Part shown: positions 60,183 to 64,000 of the stretch, one piece after another
Layout of the letters: every line of letters starts with the position of its first letter
Numbering within the stretch: position 1 is the first letter of the stretch
Assembly (NCBI GenBank): GCA_949283535.1
Contig: CASDTC010000008.1
Location: forward strand, 2,717-66,716
Origin: an uncultured Pseudomonadota bacterium
GTDB taxonomy: Bacteria > Pseudomonadota > Alphaproteobacteria > Rs-D84
DNA: 64,000 bases
Direction of reading: 5' to 3'
The notes under the pieces: generated by a model
Told to the model about the DNA's origin: nothing
The model's input: only the letters and a program-made list of their open reading frames with translations
Databases searched by the model: none
Made by a program: the position numbers and the translations under genes

Positions 60183-60225
60183 GGTATGCTCCTTTTAATT
60201 AAACTATGCCAATTATTATCTATTT

Positions 60226-61005
60226 TTACGCCGTTTTCAACAATTTTTCAACTGTTTGCAATGCGTTCCATGCATCACGCTTTGCCGCCGGTTTTAACAG
60301 CAAATAATTTGGATGAAATATTGGCATCATCTGTGTACCATCTGGCAATTCATTTATTACACCATGCCCGCGTGGTAATGAAACACCGCCAATTTCAGAC
60401 GCCGACAATGTTCCCAGTGTTAAGATTAACCGTGGTTTTAATAATTCTAGGGCACGATTTACAAATGGACGCGCCAAATCCAGTTCATCGCGCGATGGTG
60501 CGCGTCCACCCGGGGTGCGCCAAAATATCAATGGAACAATAGATACACTGTCGCGCGACATTTTTATTGCCGCCAACATTTTATCCAGCAATTCACCTGC
60601 CGCCCCCGATAAAATTTTCCCCGATGCATCGTCATCACCACTGGGGACATCTGTTATTATAACCATACCATTTGGATTTGGTGCAGCATGTGGTAATACA
60701 ACCTTTGTTGCACCACTGCGCAATGGATGATTAAATTCTGCAATCATACGATTTAATGAATCCATGTCAATTGGACGCGCCGCCATTGCATTTGCCGTTG
60801 CAACGGACATTGATTGTGTTGGTGCAATCGGCGGAACAATAGATGTCTGGGTACGCGTGCGTATGTCAGAATGTATATTTATATTATTATCTGGTGTGGG
60901 TACATTTGTATTATTTGAACTGGATACAGACAATATAAATGGCACATCAGTCAATTCCCATTGTACGCCTGCCAATGTTAAATCACGCAAATCATATTCA
61001 TTCAT
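60226..61005 (-). CDS. Uracil-DNA glycosylase family 4-like protein (degenerate active site)
   Basis: G.AG.LLDKML.AI, WR.PG.R.P, PF..R.L.L..P, FHP.YLL..P..KR.AW. Confidence 0.8.
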   Translation of the reverse strand: MNEYDLRDLTLAGVQWELTDVPFILSVSSSNNTNVPTPDNNINIHSDIRTRTQTSIVPPIAPTQSMSVATANAMAARPIDMDSLNRMIAEFNHPLRSGATKVVLPHAAPNPNGMVIITDVPSGDDDASGKILSGAAGELLDKMLAAIKMSRDSVSIVPLIFWRTPGGRAPSRDELDLARPFVNRALELLKPRLILTLGTLSASEIGGVSLPRGHGVINELPDGTQMMPIFHPNYLLLKPAAKRDAWNALQTVEKLLKTA

Positions 61006-61084
61006 TTTTTTGTTTTTCCTTGATTTTTCATACCTTTTATTATAGACTAGAACACGAGCAACAGAAACTCAAGGGAGTATTTTC

Positions 61085-61501
61085 ATGAAAATAAAAAACT
61101 TTGCTGTATTGGCTGGTGTTGCAGGTATGTTGGCTGCGTGTGGCGGATCAACAATTGTTGAACCAGCTGATTTGAATGATCAACGCGTATTCTTTGCGTT
61201 TAATTCATCTGAAATTTCTGATGAAGCGCGCGATAACCTGTTAGGACAGGCATTATATATGAAGAATCACGAAGATACAAAAATCCAAATTGCTGGTAAT
61301 TGCGACGAACGCGGTTCAACAGAATACAATTTGGCACTGGGTGCGCGTCGTGCAAATGCCGCCAAAGAAGTTTTGGTCAATGACGGCATCGATGCATCAC
61401 GCATTTCCACAATTTCATATGGTAAAGAACGTCCATTGGTTCAGGGTACCGGTGAAGAAGTATGGAAATGGAACCGTAATGCAACAACCACAGTTAAATA
61501 A
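61085..61501 (+). CDS. pal: Peptidoglycan-associated lipoprotein
   Basis: LAAC lipobox; G.CDERGS.EYN.ALG.RRA, ISYGKERP. Confidence 0.92.
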   Translation: MKIKNFAVLAGVAGMLAACGGSTIVEPADLNDQRVFFAFNSSEISDEARDNLLGQALYMKNHEDTKIQIAGNCDERGSTEYNLALGARRANAAKEVLVNDGIDASRISTISYGKERPLVQGTGEEVWKWNRNATTTVK

Positions 61502-61516
61502 TTGTGATTTGTTTGT

Positions 61517-61552
61517 AAAAAAAAATACCGGCATTTGCCGGTATTTTTTTTT
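61517..61552. terminator. Bidirectional intrinsic terminator
   Basis: A9-TACCGGCA-TT-TGCCGGTA-T9. Confidence 0.85.
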
Positions 61553-61564
61553 AGTTTTTTATTT

Positions 61565-62968
61565 TTATTCTGACACCTGTTCTTCTTTATCCGATTTTTT
61601 CTGTTTGGATTCAGATTTTTCATGTTCGGACTTTAAGAATGATTCCAGCCAATGATTATCAAAATTCAATGTTTTTACATCACGATTCCTTAACAATTTT
61701 TGTTGTAATGGAATCGTTGTTTTTACACCTTCGATAACGAATTCGTCCAATGCGCGACCCGCACGCATAATACATGCCGGTCTGTTTTGCGCATGAACAA
61801 TTAATTTTGCAATCATCGAATCATATGTCGGTGGGATTGTGTATCCAGTGTACACCGCACTGTCAACACGCACACCCAAACCGCCAGATGGCGCATACAG
61901 TGTGATTTTTCCCGGATTTGGGGTAAAGTTTTCTGGATCTTCGGCGTTAATGCGAAATTCAATTGCATGCCCGTGCGGAATAACATTTGACTGGGTATAA
62001 CCCAATTTTTCGCCCGCTGCAATGCGAATTTGTTCACGAACCAAATCAACACCATATACCATTTCGGTCACAGGGTGTTCCACCTGCAGGCGCGTATTCA
62101 TTTCCAAAAAATAGAATTTGCCATCTTCGAACATGAATTCAAATGTACCAGCATTAACATATCCCATTTTCTTGGCGGCATTCTTGCATATTTCAATCAT
62201 GTCATCGCGTTGCTTTTGGGTTAAAATTGCCGCGGGACATTCTTCCATAACCTTTTGATTTTTACGCTGTAATGAACAGTCGCGTTCACCAAAAATAACA
62301 ACATTGCCATGTTTATCACCCAACACCTGGAATTCAATATGGCGCGGATGCATTAATAATTTTTCCATATATAATGTATCATCGCCGAATCCAGATTTTG
62401 CCTCGTTCTTGGTCATCTGGAACGCTTCTGCCATTTGGTCAGCCGACATCACCGGGCGAATACCACGACCACCACCACCGGCGGCCGCCTTTAACATAAC
62501 AGGATATCCGATTTTTTCTGCCCAGCTAAGCGCATCTTCCAGTGTTTCGACCGCACCATCCGATCCCGGCACAACGGGCAGCCCACATTTTATCGCGGTT
62601 TGTTTGGCGTTAACCTTGTCCCCCATTTTTTCAATCATGGCAGCCGATGGTCCAATCCAAATTAAACCATGTTGTTCAACTTTTTGTGCGAAATCAGCAC
62701 GTTCGGATAAAAATCCATATCCTGGATGAATCGCATCAGCATTTGTTAATAATGCCGCTGTTAAAATCGCAGATTCGTTTAAATATGAATCCTTGGACGG
62801 TCCGGGACCAATACATACAGATTCATCCGCCAATTGCACATGCATTGCATTTTTATCAACGGTTGAATAAACCGCAACCGTACGGATTCCCATATCGCGG
62901 CATGCACGAATTATTCGCAATGCAATTTCGCCGCGGTTGGCAATTAATACTTTCTTTATCTGTGACAT
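61565..62968 (-). CDS. accC: Acetyl-CoA carboxylase biotin carboxylase
   Basis: LIANRGEIA, IHPGYGFLSE, KA.AGGGGRG, EMNTRLQVEHPVTE. Confidence 0.97.
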   Translation of the reverse strand: MSQIKKVLIANRGEIALRIIRACRDMGIRTVAVYSTVDKNAMHVQLADESVCIGPGPSKDSYLNESAILTAALLTNADAIHPGYGFLSERADFAQKVEQHGLIWIGPSAAMIEKMGDKVNAKQTAIKCGLPVVPGSDGAVETLEDALSWAEKIGYPVMLKAAAGGGGRGIRPVMSADQMAEAFQMTKNEAKSGFGDDTLYMEKLLMHPRHIEFQVLGDKHGNVVIFGERDCSLQRKNQKVMEECPAAILTQKQRDDMIEICKNAAKKMGYVNAGTFEFMFEDGKFYFLEMNTRLQVEHPVTEMVYGVDLVREQIRIAAGEKLGYTQSNVIPHGHAIEFRINAEDPENFTPNPGKITLYAPSGGLGVRVDSAVYTGYTIPPTYDSMIAKLIVHAQNRPACIMRAGRALDEFVIEGVKTTIPLQQKLLRNRDVKTLNFDNHWLESFLKSEHEKSESKQKKSDKEEQVSE

Positions 62969-62977
62969 GTCTGCAGC

Positions 62978-63436
62978 TTACTCAATAACAATAATCGGTT
63001 GATCAAATTCAACAGCCTGACCATCAGAAACTAATATTTCTTTGACCACGCCGTCTTTATCAGATTTTATCGGGTTAAAAGTTTTCATTGCTTCTATTAA
63101 TGCAACAGTATCACCCGCCTTTATCTGGGCGCCAACAGATGTAAATGGTTTTGCACCTGGTTCTGGTGCCAAGTATGCAACACCAACCATTGGTGATTTT
63201 AATGCATATCCACTGACCTTTGGATTTTCGGCATCCGCAGGTTCACTGTTTGTATTTTTTGCATCCGCAGATACCGGGAAATTTGGCATTGCAACAGCAG
63301 ATGCAACCTGTTGTTTTGATAAATGAATATGTTTACGATAAACACCAAACAAGAACTGGCGTTCCAATTCTAGTTCAGTAATTCCCATTTCATCCATAAT
63401 TTTTGACATGGATTCTACGGTTGCACGAAATGACAT
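62978..63436 (-). CDS. accB: Biotin carboxyl carrier protein
   Basis: SPMVG..Y.AP, EAMK biotinylation motif, VEFDQP. Confidence 0.94.
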   Translation of the reverse strand: MSFRATVESMSKIMDEMGITELELERQFLFGVYRKHIHLSKQQVASAVAMPNFPVSADAKNTNSEPADAENPKVSGYALKSPMVGVAYLAPEPGAKPFTSVGAQIKAGDTVALIEAMKTFNPIKSDKDGVVKEILVSDGQAVEFDQPIIVIE

Positions 63437-63514
63437 CTTTTTATCCTTTTTATAATATAAAACTTGTTATAAATTTCATTAGTGCCTGGAATTTTACCAC
63501 AATCAACGCGTATG

Positions 63515-63763
63515 TCAAGGGACGGGGTCATAACCAAACCCGCCACCGGGTCTGCATCGTGATATCCGCCGTATCCCCATGATTGCACCCCGAAATACGC
63601 CGTATTTTTCAATCGCCTGGGCGGTGTATTCACTGCACGATGGGGTAAATCGGCATGCCGCACGGGCACCAATAAATGGCGATATACATGATTGATACAT
63701 ACGAACAAAACCAATTGCTGTGCGGCGAAAAAAACTGTTATTCTTTGTTTGATTTTTTTTCAT
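63515..63763 (-). CDS. yidD: Membrane protein insertion efficiency factor
   Basis: YQ..ISP....CRF.PSCSEY...AI.KYG...RI.RC.P...GYDPVP. Confidence 0.94.
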   Translation of the reverse strand: MKKNQTKNNSFFRRTAIGFVRMYQSCISPFIGARAACRFTPSCSEYTAQAIEKYGVFRGAIMGIRRISRCRPGGGFGYDPVP

Positions 63764-64000
63764 GTTGTTTTTTTATGTAATGTAATGCCTTGCGCATGGC
63801 AACGCGTCCATCTGTACGCGATGCCGCCAAAATTCTGTGTCGCGCCAAAAAGATATAATCCATATCTGCACACATATGTTTTTCATTATGTCGAATCCAG
63901 TCGCGCAGTAATCGCTTTGCCCGATTGCGATCAACCGCCAATTTAAATGTGCGTTTTGTCGCCATAATACCATAACGCGCGTCATCGGGGTACTTTGCCG
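63738..64000 (-). CDS. rnpA: Ribonuclease P protein component (5' end outside window)
   Basis: Frame open to the window edge: ARYGIMATKR..K.AV.RNRAKRLLR (RNR motif); upstream of yidD. Confidence 0.88.
   Translation of the reverse strand, partial: AKYPDDARYGIMATKRTFKLAVDRNRAKRLLRDWIRHNEKHMCADMDYIFLARHRILAASRTDGRVAMRKALHYIKKQHEKKSNKE

Noticed and set aside
1-64000. CRISPR array, IS element or alternative genetic code
   Set aside because: No regularly spaced direct repeats or transposase; conserved proteins translate full-length with intact motifs, and TAA, TAG and TGA all appear as stops

Overview
Gene-dense chromosomal segment of an Alphaproteobacterium (RpoH, alpha-type SspB, DUF4167-like protein, lptF-lptD-surA and rsmG-parA-parB order). 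It is probably a small-genome, host- or gut-associated lineage, which is an inference from compact proteins, short spacers and broken-up conserved operons. Most of the window is housekeeping: dnaX, lpxD, fabZ, der, infB, nusA, rlmN, pnp, rpsO, truB, mutS, xseB, gpsA, parAB, recF, infC (AUU start), accBC, yidD, partial rnpA, and a split MacAB-TolC pump. No prophage, IS element or CRISPR array is evident. The notable parts are: (1) two sequence-divergent but structurally identical antisense/attenuator RNA leaders (C4/CI-like), each with a promoter and a switchable terminator in front of a small XRE-HTH gene (41.5 kb and 48.7 kb); (2) both tRNA genes are abnormal at the anticodon arm, a tRNA-Cys body with no anticodon and a tRNA-Val with a 6-nt duplication; (3) three tandem PilV-like prepilins, one lacking Glu5, plus a separate major pilin and an orphan VirD4; (4) three secreted proteins, two of them large and Cys-rich with a shared Cx6Cx4C module; (5) a family-4 UDG with a degenerate active site and an HEXXH protein flanked by parS-like sites. 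All calls come from reading the sequence and ORF track; no database searches were run.
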